A stretch of DNA of 63,947 bases, filler included, from Nitrospinae bacterium RIFCSPLOWO2_12_FULL_45_22 (GTDB taxonomy: Bacteria > 2-12-FULL-45-22): the NCBI GenBank assembly GCA_001803565.1. It is 6 parts of 6 records of this genome, joined end to end, with 100 filler letters (N's around TTAATTAATTAA, not from the genome) between each part and the next. Parts side by side here need not be neighbours in the genome. Positions count along the whole stretch, not along the records: positions 26,774 to 49,664 come from MHDQ01000150.1; 5 more parts are not named here. One strand, 5' to 3'. The notes beneath the pieces were generated by a model. It worked only from the letters and a program-made list of their open reading frames with translations, did not search any database and had not been told where the DNA came from. Below are positions 37,079 through 48,969 of this stretch, piece by piece. Position numbers and translations under genes: made by a program. Within the stretch, counting starts at the first letter, position 1, and each line of letters opens with the position of its first letter.

Positions 37079-39244
37079 TTACTTATTATAGAGAGAAAAG
37101 ATGGGCTTTCCTTTAATATCTTTGCCGAAAGAGCCTAAGCCATACAGACTTACTAAGAAGCCAAACTCATACTCGCTCTTCTGGCGATAATAATCGGTTT
37201 CTGTGGTGCGGTCAATAAAATTCAGGCTAATATTAAAGCAAGAACCTTGATAGCCAAAGGCATAATTCTTTTCTAAGAATAGACCCTTAGCGGCATCATA
37301 ACGGGTGGAGAACTGGAGGGCCCAATTCTTAATAAAGTCTATACCAAAGCCTACATTATAAAACTCCTCAGTCTCATCTAAATCACTACTTACTGAAGGC
37401 CGGGCATATCTCCTCTCTAAGTCAATAAATCCCCATTTTCTATGCGTAAGTCTTATCTTCTGTCCACTCCTGGTAAAGGCATTTTCATAAATATCATAAG
37501 CCCCATCCAGATTCAGCTCCAGGAAAGGAAAGATATGGGTATCCAGATCATAAAAAGTCTCTGAGAAAGGATATTGCTTATCGAGACTATATTCCCTTAT
37601 ATCGTAACCCTGGCCTAGCTCAAACCTGACGATTTCTCTCGTCGAATCCTTTTCTTTAGCCAGGAAGCGGTTAATCAGAGAAAACTGGACATGGTTCTTG
37701 GGTTCCAGATCATCTATAGAATCGAATTTTATAATCTTTGCCCGATCTTCTTCTTTGGTCCATTCTGGTGAATAGTTATATGTTATGCGCGGTTCAATAA
37801 GGTGTCTCAGGGCAGACATCTTATCCCAGTTAACTTTATATGTCCGGTAGGTCTTTGGCCCCTGGAAATCTAGCTCAAATAAAGGCATCTGGCGGAAGAG
37901 GGTATCACCACTACCGCCTTGTAAAGGGTTATAATAGGTCTCGCGTAAACCGAGGGAAGGAGTGACACTAAACCAGGGAACCATGGTAAAGGGCATAGAT
38001 ACCTGAGGGAATAGATCAAAGCGGGCTACTTGCTCTTTCCGACCGTCTTCTTCCCGATAAAAATCTACCGCTGAGGACTGAAGTTGGAAAAAGAAGGGGC
38101 TATCCTTTATCTGCTGATTATGGAAGGTATAGATGAGCTCAGGTAATTTAGCAAAGACTTGCTGAGGGGCATCACCAGACTCATTATCTTCCTTCAACCC
38201 TTCCAAATATTCTGAATATAATTGTAGAGTGCTGTTTTCCCAACTCTTGGTCACATCAAGAAAGGAATCCGAGTAACGTCTGGTACGGGTCTCTACCTCC
38301 TTTTCAAATTCTTTATCACTATTGTTTTCACTAAGCATATCCAGCTTCAATCGGCCCTTGATATCATTCTTGAACTTCTGGTTATGCTCAAAATCTATCT
38401 TGTAAAAATTCCCACCAGTTTTCTGGTCTCGTAAGAAGGAGCCAGCAAAAGTCCCGGAGGTATTCTTATCCCAGAAATATCGGTATTCCAACTTGGGCCT
38501 CACACCCCGCTGGCCCAGGCTATCGAAACCAAAGGTAGCGTCAGTATTACCTTTGATCGCCCAAAAAAAGCTGTTCCCCAGGGTAAAACCATCTTCATTA
38601 CCAAAGCCTATCTTCGGGGTAAGAAAGCCACTGTTACGTCTCTTCTGGGACATAGGGACATAGAACAGGGGGGTATAGAAGAGTGGGATATTTTTTATAC
38701 GGAAAGATGGGTTTTTCAGAAAGGCATACTTATCTGGACTCACCTCGGCTTCACCCATATGGAAGCTCCAGGGTGGTGATTTACCCTGGCAGGAACTAAT
38801 AGTCCCTTCTTTAACCTTATATTTGTTTTCTCCTAACCATTCCAACTGCTGGGCCGCCACATAGTAAAGGGCGTTGACAAAGCCATTACCGTTATAAATA
38901 GTCCCCTGCTTATTAAAGATATTGAAATTGGCCTTCTCACAAAAAATTTGGTTATCTTTATCCTTTATTTCTACATTACCAGAGGCAAAACTGTCACCGG
39001 TCAGGGTGTTTACCTTCAGATAATCTGCTTGTATCCGCATATCTTTATAGCGGATATCAACAAAACCCTGGGCAATAACAGTATTGGTCTTCCCCTGGTT
39101 TTCTATCTGGTCGGCATAGATACTCATAGGCGGGGGCGCAGCTTTAGAGGATGGTGATGCCAGAGTTTTTAATGGGTAGAAGATCAAAAGGGATATTAAT
39201 AATAACCAATAAAGACTTCTTAACCCCCCCTTCTTCCATAGCAT
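37079..39244 (-). CDS. lptD: LPS-assembly protein LptD
   Basis: OstA-like N-terminus, SC...PPW, RR.SGFLTP, H.IEP...Y.Y.P, beta-barrel. Confidence 0.87.
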   Translation of the reverse strand: MLWKKGGLRSLYWLLLISLLIFYPLKTLASPSSKAAPPPMSIYADQIENQGKTNTVIAQGFVDIRYKDMRIQADYLKVNTLTGDSFASGNVEIKDKDNQIFCEKANFNIFNKQGTIYNGNGFVNALYYVAAQQLEWLGENKYKVKEGTISSCQGKSPPWSFHMGEAEVSPDKYAFLKNPSFRIKNIPLFYTPLFYVPMSQKRRNSGFLTPKIGFGNEDGFTLGNSFFWAIKGNTDATFGFDSLGQRGVRPKLEYRYFWDKNTSGTFAGSFLRDQKTGGNFYKIDFEHNQKFKNDIKGRLKLDMLSENNSDKEFEKEVETRTRRYSDSFLDVTKSWENSTLQLYSEYLEGLKEDNESGDAPQQVFAKLPELIYTFHNQQIKDSPFFFQLQSSAVDFYREEDGRKEQVARFDLFPQVSMPFTMVPWFSVTPSLGLRETYYNPLQGGSGDTLFRQMPLFELDFQGPKTYRTYKVNWDKMSALRHLIEPRITYNYSPEWTKEEDRAKIIKFDSIDDLEPKNHVQFSLINRFLAKEKDSTREIVRFELGQGYDIREYSLDKQYPFSETFYDLDTHIFPFLELNLDGAYDIYENAFTRSGQKIRLTHRKWGFIDLERRYARPSVSSDLDETEEFYNVGFGIDFIKNWALQFSTRYDAAKGLFLEKNYAFGYQGSCFNISLNFIDRTTETDYYRQKSEYEFGFLVSLYGLGSFGKDIKGKPIFSLYNK

Positions 39245-39268
39245 AATTATTTCTCCTCTAATATAAAT

Positions 39269-40585
39269 TTATGAAGCCTTTCTAAATATATCTAACTTTT
39301 GATCCAACCCCAAGCTCTTTATAGCCTTACGCGCTTCTCCTACAGTATAAAGAGAACCTGTTATACAGATAATATCTTCCGCTCCTGCTAAGCCCTTGGC
39401 ATAGGCTATAGCCTTGGGAACGTCTTCTATTATTATCGGCTTCTGCCCCCTCTTTATTACTTCTTTTGCTACTAAATCTACCCCCGCCCCTCGGGGGGTC
39501 GAGGGACATGTTATTATTATAACAGCATTATTATTAAAAAGGGAAGAAAAATTTTTTATCATTATATCATATTTTTTATCTTGTAAAACCCCAAAAATGA
39601 TAAAAAGTTTTTTATAGGAAAAAATTTTTTTTAAGGCTGCTACTAAAGCCTTAATGGCCTGGGGGTTATGGGCTCCATCTAAGAGTATTACTGGATCATG
39701 GGCCATTATTTCTATCCGGCCTTCCCAGCAAACCTCTTCCAGACCCCTTCTTATATCATCCGGCTGGACAATAAACCCTGCATCATTAAGCTGGTGGCAA
39801 ACCTCTACCGCCGTTGCAGCATTAATTATTTGATGCTCCCCTAACAGGGATAACCGTAGGCCATCATATCTTATCCCAGGGGAAAAAAAATTGAACCGCT
39901 GCCCATCCTTACTACTCTCTAATTTTCTTACCCAGAAATCTCTTCCATAAAACCATAATTTGGCCTTCAATGCCTCACACTGCTTCTCCATAAAGAGCCT
40001 GACCTTAGGTTGCAGCCGCGAGCATACGGCCCTCCCCTCTCGCTTGATAATGCCAGCCTTTTCCTGGGCAATGGCTAGCAAGGTATTGCCCAGATAGTTA
40101 GTATGGTCTAAACCAATACTGGTTATAACAGATACCAATGGCCTCACTACATTAGTAGCATCTAATCTACCACCCATGCCTGTCTCCAATATAGCTATAT
40201 CCACTTTCTCCTGGGCAAAATAGCTCAAGGCCATGACGGTAATAAATTCAAAATAAGTTAAAGATGCTTCCAGTTGCCGGACTCTCCGGATGAGTTGGCC
40301 GGCCATATTCTTTGGTATAGGTATCCTATTGATCTTTACCCTTTCCCGGAAATTATCCAGGTGGGGAGAAGTATACAGACCTACCTTGTAACCACTGGCC
40401 TCTAAAATAGAACTTATTATAGTAGCGGTAGAGCCCTTACCATTGGTGCCGGCTATAAGAATAGTGTTTAACTGGCAGTGGGGATTCCCTAGATAAGAAA
40501 GGCTCTCTTCCATCTGTTGAAGGCCCAGTCTGATACCTGCACCGGTTAAAGAATCAAGATAATTAAATTCTTCCTTATAGTCCAT
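39269..40585 (-). CDS. folC: Folylpolyglutamate synthase/dihydrofolate synthase
   Basis: AGTNGKGS, YTSPHL, ETGMGGRLDATN, DGAHN, TGSLY.VG; start approximate. Confidence 0.95.
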   Translation of the reverse strand: MDYKEEFNYLDSLTGAGIRLGLQQMEESLSYLGNPHCQLNTILIAGTNGKGSTATIISSILEASGYKVGLYTSPHLDNFRERVKINRIPIPKNMAGQLIRRVRQLEASLTYFEFITVMALSYFAQEKVDIAILETGMGGRLDATNVVRPLVSVITSIGLDHTNYLGNTLLAIAQEKAGIIKREGRAVCSRLQPKVRLFMEKQCEALKAKLWFYGRDFWVRKLESSKDGQRFNFFSPGIRYDGLRLSLLGEHQIINAATAVEVCHQLNDAGFIVQPDDIRRGLEEVCWEGRIEIMAHDPVILLDGAHNPQAIKALVAALKKIFSYKKLFIIFGVLQDKKYDIMIKNFSSLFNNNAVIIITCPSTPRGAGVDLVAKEVIKRGQKPIIIEDVPKAIAYAKGLAGAEDIICITGSLYTVGEARKAIKSLGLDQKLDIFRKAS

Positions 40586-40746
40586 ATAGTCCATCATCCC
40601 GTAAAACCGCAAAGACGCAGAGGACCCCGAGACCCTCAATAGGTCATTACGTTATTAGGTTATTAAGTAATATCGCAATAACGTAGTCACCCAATGACCC
40701 ATTATCCCCTTTGCGTTCCCTGCGCTTCTGTAGTGAATAATCTTGG

Positions 40747-41595
40747 TTAATTAAACCCTAGATGATTAATGATATTCCCTATGGTTTGCTTTAATTCTCT
40801 CCTTGCCACCACCATATCAATCATACCATGTTTAAGCAGAAACTCCGCCCGTTGGAAGCCCTCAGGTAATTTCTGTTTAATAGTCTGTTCTATCACCCTG
40901 GGCCCCGCAAATCCTATCAAGGCCCCTGGCTCAGCTATAATAATATCTCCTAACATAGCCAGGCTAGCAGAGACACCACCTGTCGTAGGATCGGTCAGGA
41001 TAGAGATATAGGGAAGCCCTTGCTTAAAGAATTTTGCCAGGCATGAGCTTACTTTAGCCATCTGCATTAAAGACAAGATACCTTCCTGCATCCGGGCCCC
41101 ACCCGAGCAAGAAACTATGGCCAGTGGAATGTGTTGGTCTATAGCCCGCTCAATAGAACGGCTTATCTTCTCACCCACCACTGAACCCATGCTACCCCCC
41201 ATGAAATTAAACTCAAAGATACACAATTGAATAAGGGTATTATTCAATCGGCCTGAACCACAAATCACTGCCTCCCTTATCCCCAGAGCCTTATTGGCCT
41301 GATTTACCCTCTCTGGATAGCGCTTAGAATCCTTAAATTTTAAGGGATCAGCCGTTGTTAGAAGGGAGTCAACCTCTTCAAAGGTGCTGGGGTCGGTTAA
41401 TAAATCTATCCTTTCCTGGGCACTAATCCTAAAATGGTAATTGCATTTGGGGCAAACTTTAGAATTTTTCTCTACTTCCTTCTTATAAACTATTGCCTTA
41501 CATGCATTACACTTTATCCATAATCCCTCAGGAATATCTAGTTTATTATTATCGCCAATCTTTTTTAGCTCGGTTTTGTTTCTGGCAAACCACAT
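40747..41595 (-). CDS. accD: Acetyl-CoA carboxylase carboxyltransferase beta subunit
   Basis: GLWIKC..C, CPKC.YH, SGGARMQEG, PTTGGV.AS, GFAGPRVI. Confidence 0.96.
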   Translation of the reverse strand: MWFARNKTELKKIGDNNKLDIPEGLWIKCNACKAIVYKKEVEKNSKVCPKCNYHFRISAQERIDLLTDPSTFEEVDSLLTTADPLKFKDSKRYPERVNQANKALGIREAVICGSGRLNNTLIQLCIFEFNFMGGSMGSVVGEKISRSIERAIDQHIPLAIVSCSGGARMQEGILSLMQMAKVSSCLAKFFKQGLPYISILTDPTTGGVSASLAMLGDIIIAEPGALIGFAGPRVIEQTIKQKLPEGFQRAEFLLKHGMIDMVVARRELKQTIGNIINHLGFN

Positions 41596-41602
41596 ATTGG
41601 TT

Positions 41603-41707
41603 ATTTGTCATTTGTCATTTGTCATTTGTCATTTGTCATTTGTCATTTGTCATTAGTCATTTAACCTACCTTTCCTCCCAATGACCAATGACCAGTGACT
41701 AATGACC
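41603..41707. repeat. Heptamer tandem repeat (ATTTGTC)x7 plus inverted AATGACC copies
   Basis: Seven perfect units at 41603-41651, one variant, then inverse units at 41679-41707. Confidence 0.9.
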
Positions 41708-41711
41708 AGGT

Positions 41712-42470
41712 TTATGCCTGCTCCTCAGCTACCTCGGCCCCAGCCTTAGGCTTTCTCTTATAGGGAGCGATCAAGGCCCTTATTGGCCCTGATACTACGT
41801 AAGAAAACAAGAGGAGGAAAATCGAGATCTGGGGGAGAGAGCCGACCACTAAGATAGCTAATACCATTACTACTAAGAGCCCAAAGGGCTTTCTCTTTCT
41901 TAGATTAAGGTGTTTAAAACTAGGGTATCTGATGTTGCTCACCATTAAAAAGGCCAATAAGTATACCGGTATCAAAAAGAGCAACCCCCTGATCCGTTCT
42001 TCAGATAAAGACAAATCTTTACTCAAAATGACCAGTATGGCCAGGAAACCCGCTGCCGCCGGTATAGGCAAGCCCACAAAATCTTTGCTCTTTATCCCGG
42101 AAAACTGCACATTGAACCGCGCCAGCCTCAAGGCGCCACAGATAACAAAAACAAAAGCCGCCAATATACCGATACGCCCCAAAGGCTTAAGACTCCACGA
42201 ATAGATCAGAACCCCAGGGGCTACTCCAAAGGTAATAAAATCGGCTAAAGAATCATACTCTACCCCAAAGTCGGTACAGGCATTAGTAAACCTTGCTACC
42301 CTACCATCCAACCCATCAATAATAATGGCTATCAAAACAGCTAAAGAAGCCGCGTAGTAACGCTCATAATAGACACTGATCAGGGAATAAAAACCACAAA
42401 ATATGTTGGCCGAAGTAAGCAAGCTAGGTATTATATAAATCCCTCTGCGTTTAATCTCCTTTTTCTTCAA
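41712..42470 (-). CDS. pssA: CDP-diacylglycerol--serine O-phosphatidyltransferase
   Basis: DGLDGRVAR, DSLAD...FGVAP, LRLARFN, F.GLPIP. Confidence 0.93.
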   Translation of the reverse strand: MKKKEIKRRGIYIIPSLLTSANIFCGFYSLISVYYERYYAASLAVLIAIIIDGLDGRVARFTNACTDFGVEYDSLADFITFGVAPGVLIYSWSLKPLGRIGILAAFVFVICGALRLARFNVQFSGIKSKDFVGLPIPAAAGFLAILVILSKDLSLSEERIRGLLFLIPVYLLAFLMVSNIRYPSFKHLNLRKRKPFGLLVVMVLAILVVGSLPQISIFLLLFSYVVSGPIRALIAPYKRKPKAGAEVAEEQA

Positions 42471-42501
42471 GCTCTTTACTCCCCATTTTAAATTATATTT
42501 C

Positions 42502-42671
42502 GGAGACAGATTTCCGCAGATCCACGCAGATAAGTAGAATACAGGAGTCAGAAGCCGGAATTCAGAATAGAAAATAAGTTGTTCCTTTCATGCTGACTTC
42601 TGAATTTTAACTCCTGTATTCCTTAAATAGTGTAATCTACGTCGGGTACCCACGGAGTGGGTGGTGCGTCC
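42502..42671. repeat. CAGATTTCCGCAGAT-type nested inverted-repeat element
   Basis: Arms recur inverted at 36622-36654 and 36928-36994; inner GAATACAGGAGT...ACTCCTGTATTC. Confidence 0.72.
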
Positions 42672-42684
42672 AAAAAGGAAATTC

Positions 42685-43326
42685 CTATGCTATGAATTTG
42701 GCTATAATAGTTTCTCCTGCCCTGACTTTATCACCCACTTTGATATATGGCTCACACACCACAGGAAATAGCAGTTCCACCCTGGAACCAAACTTGATCA
42801 GACCTAATTTCTGGCCGCATGCTAAATAATCGCCTGGTTTAACCCAGCATACTATCCGCCGGGCAATAAAACCAGCTATTTGCCTTATTACTAATGGACC
42901 GAAATCGCCAGACAATAAGATGCTATTCTGTTCATTAAGTTTGGCTGCCTTCCTCCATAAAGCCGGTAAAAACTTACCTGGTCTATACTCAGTGTTAACT
43001 ACCCGGCCAGAATAGGGTGAGCGATTGATATGGACATCGAAGAGGGATAGGAATATACTGACGCAATAGACCTCTTTTTTGAAGAACGATTCATCATATA
43101 CTTTTTCCAAACCAATCACCCGTCCATCGGCTGGAGAAATAATAGCCTGGGGTATAGCAGGATGGGTTCTTTCCGGGTCCCGGAAAAAATATATTGTTAT
43201 CAGTGCCAGAAAGAAAAAGGGAAGGTAAAGGGGTACAAGTTTCAGTAGATAGAAAAATAGAGCCAGGCCAGAAAAGGTCAGGATAATGGGTAACCCTTCT
43301 GGGACGATAGGTAATCTTTTTATCAT
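42685..43326 (-). CDS. psd: Phosphatidylserine decarboxylase proenzyme
   Basis: [31 protein letters not shown] cleavage motif. Confidence 0.93.
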   Translation of the reverse strand: MIKRLPIVPEGLPIILTFSGLALFFYLLKLVPLYLPFFFLALITIYFFRDPERTHPAIPQAIISPADGRVIGLEKVYDESFFKKEVYCVSIFLSLFDVHINRSPYSGRVVNTEYRPGKFLPALWRKAAKLNEQNSILLSGDFGPLVIRQIAGFIARRIVCWVKPGDYLACGQKLGLIKFGSRVELLFPVVCEPYIKVGDKVRAGETIIAKFIA

Positions 43327-44312
43327 TTGCCTATCCAACTCATCATGGCCCTTAGCTTTTTGCCCACTTCTTCTATCAGATGTCCTTCGTCCTTCCGGGT
43401 CAAGGCATTAAAGCTAGGGCGATTGGCGCGATTTTCTAATACCCATTCCTTAGCAAACTCCCCTGACTGGATCTCTGCCAGTATCCTCTTCATCTCCTGC
43501 CGTGTTTGAACTGTTATAATCCGGGGTCCGCGGGTCAAGTCGCCATACTGGGCAGTATCGCTAATAGAGGAGCGCATCCTGGTTATCCCACCCTCATACA
43601 TGAGGTCAACAATGAGCTTCAATTCGTGCATACATTCAAAATAGGCGATCTCTGGCTGGTAGCCAGCTTCTACCAACGTCTCAAAGGCGGCCTTTACCAG
43701 GGCCGTTATCCCACCACAGAGTACCACCTGTTCGCCAAATAGATCGGTCTCGGTTTCCTCGCTGAAAGTAGTCTCAATGACCCCAGCCCGGGCCCCCCCA
43801 ATGCCCTTGGCATAGGCAAGGGCTATATCCCTGGCCTTGCCAGAAGCATCCTGCTGGATAGCAAATAGGCACGGTACCCCTCGACCTTCTTCATACAGGC
43901 GCCGTACCAATCGCCCCGGCCCTTTCGGTGCTACCATAAATACATCTACCTCTGGGGGAGGGACTATCTGACCAAAATGGATGTTGAAACCATGGGCAAA
44001 GTCTAAGGCCTTCCCCTTTTTTAGAACGGGCGATATATTCTGAGCATAGGCCTCTGCTTGCCTCTCGTCCGGGATAAGGAGGGCGATTACGTCCCCGGAA
44101 GAGGCCGCTTCTTTTACCGTCTGAACCTCCATACCATCTTGCACTGCCTGATCCCAGGTCGCATCTTTCAAAGTACCTATTATTACCTTGAGACCACTAT
44201 CTTTCAGGTTAAGGGCCTGGGCCCGACCCTGGTTCCCGTAGCCAATAACAGCAATCTTCTTGTCTTTAAGATAAGCTAAATCAGCATCCTGCTCATAATA
44301 GATTTTTACCAT
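43323..44312 (-). CDS. ilvC: Ketol-acid reductoisomerase
   Basis: [30 protein letters not shown]. Confidence 0.97.
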   Translation of the reverse strand: MVKIYYEQDADLAYLKDKKIAVIGYGNQGRAQALNLKDSGLKVIIGTLKDATWDQAVQDGMEVQTVKEAASSGDVIALLIPDERQAEAYAQNISPVLKKGKALDFAHGFNIHFGQIVPPPEVDVFMVAPKGPGRLVRRLYEEGRGVPCLFAIQQDASGKARDIALAYAKGIGGARAGVIETTFSEETETDLFGEQVVLCGGITALVKAAFETLVEAGYQPEIAYFECMHELKLIVDLMYEGGITRMRSSISDTAQYGDLTRGPRIITVQTRQEMKRILAEIQSGEFAKEWVLENRANRPSFNALTRKDEGHLIEEVGKKLRAMMSWIGK

Positions 44313-44332
44313 ACCTAGCTCCCTTTACATTT

Positions 44333-44857
44333 TTAGAGTTTCAAGACTTTATTGCCACGCCCTAAGGCTACCTTACCTGTCCGGGCTATCTCAATAATAC
44401 CAATGGGTTTTAAGAGATTTATCAGGGCCCCCAGCTTCTCTTCATCACCCGTTATTTCTAAGGTATAAGTAGTAGCGCTGACATCCACAATCTTGCCCCG
44501 AAAGATATCTACAATACGTAAGACCTCGGCCCGGTTTTCCGGCTCAGATTCTACTTTAATTAAGGCCATTTCTCGCTCTACATAATCCTCTTCGCATAGA
44601 TCAACCACTTTGATTACATCTATCAATTTCCGCAGTTGTTTGATGACCTGCTCTATGATCTGGCCATTGTCCCGGGTAACAATAGTCATGCGGGAGATGC
44701 TAGGGTCAACGGTTGGGGCTACAGTGAGGCTATCTATATTAAAACCGCGACCACTAAAAAGCCCTGCTATCCGCGTAAGGGCGCCAAACCTATTCTCTAC
44801 CAGAAGGGATATGGTATGCCGCGATTTTGCATTTTCAAAGATTTTATCCGCCATCAA
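44333..44857 (-). CDS. ilvN: Acetolactate synthase small subunit
   Basis: [29 protein letters not shown]. Confidence 0.95.
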   Translation of the reverse strand: MMADKIFENAKSRHTISLLVENRFGALTRIAGLFSGRGFNIDSLTVAPTVDPSISRMTIVTRDNGQIIEQVIKQLRKLIDVIKVVDLCEEDYVEREMALIKVESEPENRAEVLRIVDIFRGKIVDVSATTYTLEITGDEEKLGALINLLKPIGIIEIARTGKVALGRGNKVLKL

Positions 44858-44871
44858 TCAAGCCACCTAAC

Positions 44872-44969
44872 GTAGTTGCACCGTCTTACGGTACCGATAG
44901 ATCTAAGCATCGCAAGGCGATGCTGCTACTTCATTGACAATATCCTGTAGCCGCAGGGCCTTGCCCTGC
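44872..44969. repeat. Three GTAG-type REP-like palindromes
   Basis: GTAGTTGCACCGTCTTACGGTAC; AGCATCGCAAGGCGATGCTGCTAC; GTAGCCGCAGGGCCTTGCCCTGC. Confidence 0.65.
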
Positions 44970-44981
44970 TAAAAGTGATCC

Positions 44982-46667
44982 TTAAGCCAAGAGCATCCTA
45001 CGGATAGAGGCACCGACTGGAACCATAGGATAAACATTCTCTTCCCTATCTATTTCAAAGTCAATAACTACGGGCTTAGGGATGGCCAGGGCTTGTTCTA
45101 TAATGGGCCTGACCTCCTCGGGCTCACTGGCCCGCAACCCTACTGCACCATAGGCCTCCGCAATCTTGACAAAATCAGGATTAGAATTTAGACAAGTATA
45201 GGAATAGCGCCGATTATAAAAAAGTTGCTGCCATTGCCTGACCATACCCAGGTATTTATTATTCAGGATAGCTACTTTAACTGGAAGCCGGTACTGGACA
45301 GCGGTAGCCAATTCTTGAATGTTCATCTGAAAGCTTCCATCACCAGCAATATCAATGACTATCTTATCAGGAAAGGCAGCCTGGGCGCCGATAGCCGCCG
45401 GGAAGCCATAGCCCATGGTCCCTAAACCACCGGAAGATAATAGGGTACGTGGTTTAGTAAACTTGTAGAATTGAGCCGTCCACATCTGATTCTGTCCTAC
45501 CTCAGTAGTTATTATGGCCTCTCCCTTAGTAGCTTCATTAATCTGTTCAATAACATATTGGGGCTTTATCTTTTTTCCCTGGTTATTATAGGTTAGGGGA
45601 TGGTTTTTCCGCCATTCCTCTATCTCCCGGAGCCATTCTTCATGATCTTTCAACCAGTCTTTCTCTTCTTTTTTCAGTAAGGGGTTCATCTTGGACAATA
45701 TCTTCTTGGCATCCCCTACTACTGGATAATCTCCCCTAACATTCTTCCCTATAGAGGTAGGATCAATATCTATATGGACGATTTTTGCGTGTGGGGCAAA
45801 CTCTTCCAGGTTCCCGGTTACCCGATCATCAAACCGGCTCCCTATAGCTATAAGCAAGTCCGCCTCACTGAGGGCCATATTAGCTGTATAAATGCCATGC
45901 ATGCCCGGCATACCCAGGAATAAAGCGTGGGTAGCAGGAAAACCGCCTAAACCCATCAGGGTAGTGGTTACAGGTATCTGGCCAATTTCTGCTAACTGAC
46001 GTAACTCCTCAGAGGCCCCAGAGATAATAATTCCCCCACCAGCTAGTATTACTGGTCTCTTTGCCCGGGCAATGATCTTAACTACCTTGGCTATCTGCCC
46101 GGCATGCCCTTCGTAAGTGGGGTTGTATCCCCGGATATAGGCCCTTTCTGGATATTTAAAGTCGCCCTTAGCCGCCAGGACATCTTTGGGTAGATCAACT
46201 AAAACTGGCCCGGGCCGGCCCGTCGTAGCAATAAAGAATGCCTCTTTTATCGTCCGGGCCAGGTCTGCTATATCCTTCACCAGATAATTATGTTTAGTAC
46301 AGGGTAAGGTTATACCCACTATATCCGCTTCCTGGAAGGCATCATTCCCAATGATCCTGGTAGGTACCTGACCAGTAAAGACTACAATTGGCACCGAGTC
46401 CATATAAGCAGTGGCAATCCCGGTAACGGTATTGGTAGCGCCCGGACCAGAAGTTACTAAACACACCCCCGGTTTACCACTTGCCCGGGCATACCCATCA
46501 GCGGCATGTACCGCCCCTTGCTCATGTCGGCTTAGGATATGGCGTAAAGGGGCGTCAAATAAAACATTATAAACATCCAATACCACACCACCAGGGAAGC
46601 CAAAGATGGTATCTATTTTTTCTCGTAGCAAACATTCGACAAATATTTCAGCGCCACTCTTCTTCAT
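44982..46667 (-). CDS. ilvB: Acetolactate synthase large subunit
   Basis: [37 protein letters not shown]. Confidence 0.96.
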   Translation of the reverse strand: MKKSGAEIFVECLLREKIDTIFGFPGGVVLDVYNVLFDAPLRHILSRHEQGAVHAADGYARASGKPGVCLVTSGPGATNTVTGIATAYMDSVPIVVFTGQVPTRIIGNDAFQEADIVGITLPCTKHNYLVKDIADLARTIKEAFFIATTGRPGPVLVDLPKDVLAAKGDFKYPERAYIRGYNPTYEGHAGQIAKVVKIIARAKRPVILAGGGIIISGASEELRQLAEIGQIPVTTTLMGLGGFPATHALFLGMPGMHGIYTANMALSEADLLIAIGSRFDDRVTGNLEEFAPHAKIVHIDIDPTSIGKNVRGDYPVVGDAKKILSKMNPLLKKEEKDWLKDHEEWLREIEEWRKNHPLTYNNQGKKIKPQYVIEQINEATKGEAIITTEVGQNQMWTAQFYKFTKPRTLLSSGGLGTMGYGFPAAIGAQAAFPDKIVIDIAGDGSFQMNIQELATAVQYRLPVKVAILNNKYLGMVRQWQQLFYNRRYSYTCLNSNPDFVKIAEAYGAVGLRASEPEEVRPIIEQALAIPKPVVIDFEIDREENVYPMVPVGASIRRMLLA

Positions 46668-46685
46668 AAACCGTCTATCTTTTTC

Positions 46686-48350
46686 TCACCCCCGCAGGAT
46701 AGCACCAGTACTAGCCGAGGTAACTTGCTTAGCATAGCGGGCCAGATAACCCTTTTGTATCTTTATTGGTGGAGGGGTCCATGCCTTTTGCCTCGCTTCT
46801 AGTTCTCCATCGGCCAGAAAATGCTGGATCACCTTTCTCTCTAAATCTATCTCTATCTCATCCCCATTATGTAATAAGGCTATTGGCCCACCTTCCATAG
46901 CCTCTGGGGAAATATGGCCTACACAGGGACCCCTGGTCCCCCCGGAAAAACGCCCATCGGTTATTAAGGCTACCGTCTCACCTAAACCCATACCCATCAA
47001 AGCGGCCGTAGGGCCCAACATCTCCCGCATCCCTGGACCCCCTTTAGGCCCTTCATACCTTACTACCACCACTTGCCCCGGCTTTATCTCACCCGCCATG
47101 ATAGCTTTCATAGTATCTTCTTCCGACTCAAAGACCCTTGCTTTACCCTGAAACAGCCGGGCTCCTTCTGCTACAGCCGATTGTTTGATAACGGCCCCCG
47201 CGGGGGCCAGATTCCCGCGTAGGATAGCTATCCCGCCCTGGGGATGGAAAGGCTCTTCCAGGGGTCTTATTACTCCCGGGTCCAAGACCTGACTACTCTG
47301 GGCAATGGTATTTAAGGGAGTACCAGATATGGTAAGAGAATCTTTTAGGTGGTCCTTCAGGCGGTTCAGGACTGCCGGGACCCCACCGGCATATTCCAGG
47401 TCCTCCATAAAATATTCTCCCCCAGGTCGTAGATTCACCAGGTGGGGGGTAGTAGTGCTAATCTCATCAAATAGCTCCAGGTCGAGTCCTACCTTTGCTT
47501 CATGGGCAATAGCCATCAGGTGCAAGATAGTATTAGTAGAGCCACCTAAAGCCATATCCAGGCGGATAGCATTTTCAAAGGCTGCTAAGGTCAATATTTT
47601 ACGGGGTGTAAAATCCTCTTTTATCAACCTTACTATCTGTTCTCCACTCTCAAAGGCTATCCTCTTCTTCTTGGCGGATACGGCCAGAGAAGTGCCACAG
47701 CCAACTAACGACATTCCTAATGCCTCGGTCAAGCACGACATTGTATTGGCCGTATATAGCCCCTGGCAGGAGCCGGGTCCAGGACAAGCCTCTAGCTCCA
47801 ACTGACTAAGCTCCTCCTGTGAAACTTCTCCTAATCGGTATCTGCCTACCGCTTCAAAGGTATCCCGTACCAGCGAGAGACGCTTCTGACCTATCCTGCC
47901 CGCAAGCATGGGACCCGCTGTCAGGACGATAGCCGGAATATCCAGCCGGGCAGATGCCATCAGCATCCCCGGGGTTATCTTGTCACAATTGGTTATTAGC
48001 ACCAGGCCATCGAGGGCATGGGCCTCGGTTATCACCTCGATCATATCTGCTATCAATTCCCGGGATGGCAGGGAATAGTGCATACCGTGATGGCCCATAG
48101 CTATACCATCACAGATGCCCGGGACAGAAAAGATAAAGGGGTAGCCACCACCACTATGAACCCCTTTCTCTACAAAGCGTTCTAGCTCCCGCATGCTTGA
48201 GTGACCGGGTATAATATCGGTAAAACTACTTACAACACCGATAAAAGGCTTACTCAGGCTAGCGCGGGTCATACCGTCAGCATACAATAGCGCCCGGTGC
48301 GGTGCCCGCTCTATCCCCTCCTTAATGATATTACTGCGCAAAAAAACCAC
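46686..48350 (-). CDS. ilvD: Dihydroxy-acid dehydratase
   Basis: [38 protein letters not shown]. Confidence 0.97.
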   Translation of the reverse strand: MVFLRSNIIKEGIERAPHRALLYADGMTRASLSKPFIGVVSSFTDIIPGHSSMRELERFVEKGVHSGGGYPFIFSVPGICDGIAMGHHGMHYSLPSRELIADMIEVITEAHALDGLVLITNCDKITPGMLMASARLDIPAIVLTAGPMLAGRIGQKRLSLVRDTFEAVGRYRLGEVSQEELSQLELEACPGPGSCQGLYTANTMSCLTEALGMSLVGCGTSLAVSAKKKRIAFESGEQIVRLIKEDFTPRKILTLAAFENAIRLDMALGGSTNTILHLMAIAHEAKVGLDLELFDEISTTTPHLVNLRPGGEYFMEDLEYAGGVPAVLNRLKDHLKDSLTISGTPLNTIAQSSQVLDPGVIRPLEEPFHPQGGIAILRGNLAPAGAVIKQSAVAEGARLFQGKARVFESEEDTMKAIMAGEIKPGQVVVVRYEGPKGGPGMREMLGPTAALMGMGLGETVALITDGRFSGGTRGPCVGHISPEAMEGGPIALLHNGDEIEIDLERKVIQHFLADGELEARQKAWTPPPIKIQKGYLARYAKQVTSASTGAILRG

Positions 48351-48594
48351 TCCTTTAACTTGACATTGTCACATTTACTGAGAGCAACCCGGCTTAACAA
48401 ACTCTAAATCCCAAGCGCTAAACCCTAAACAATATCAAAATTCTAAATCCAAATCTCAGTGTTTATCGTGTCGGTGTCCGTGTTCCGTGACCGTGATTTT
48501 TACGGACACGTTCCACCGACACGGACACGACAAATTGAAAGATGCCTTAACTTGGGTGGAAAATTAACATATAAACTACTGTCAGTCAATATCT

Positions 48595-48834
48595 CTAATC
48601 CGGCTGTACTTTTTCGGCTTTATATTTTCTTAGTATTTCTGCCATCCTATCTTTACCGAGCAGCTTTCGTTTTTGAAGAGTTTTACGCTCCATCTCCTCC
48701 TCATGGGTCAAGTAGCGTAATTTATTTAATTTTTCTAGCTTCTTCTCCAAATATTGATGTTCTTCCAGGAGATGGCAAAACTCCTTATCCTCTCTCTTAA
48801 GACTTTCTATCAGATCATCTTCCTCCTCCCACAT
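48595..48834 (-). CDS. DUF465 (YdcH-like) coiled-coil protein
   Basis: F..L.EEH..LE, L.K.KL..KD pattern; GGAGG RBS. Confidence 0.75.
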   Translation of the reverse strand: MWEEEDDLIESLKREDKEFCHLLEEHQYLEKKLEKLNKLRYLTHEEEMERKTLQKRKLLGKDRMAEILRKYKAEKVQPD

Positions 48835-48969
48835 ATAAATACCCCCCTCCTAGCAAAAATATACGCAAAAGTATTCACGGCAAACATTGCCGCCCCCTCT
48901 TATCCCTAATCGCCAGGGGTAAAGAGTTAGGAGTTAGTGGTAAGGGAGAAGTTATAGGGTTTCTCCTCA

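Noticed and set aside
41595-41660. Phase-variable N-terminal extension of AccD through the heptamer tract
   Set aside because: The ATGACAA unit places TGA in every frame within three units, so no length restores a coding extension
41493-41684. ORF with FVICHLS repeats
   Set aside because: Translation of the heptamer tract, antisense to accD
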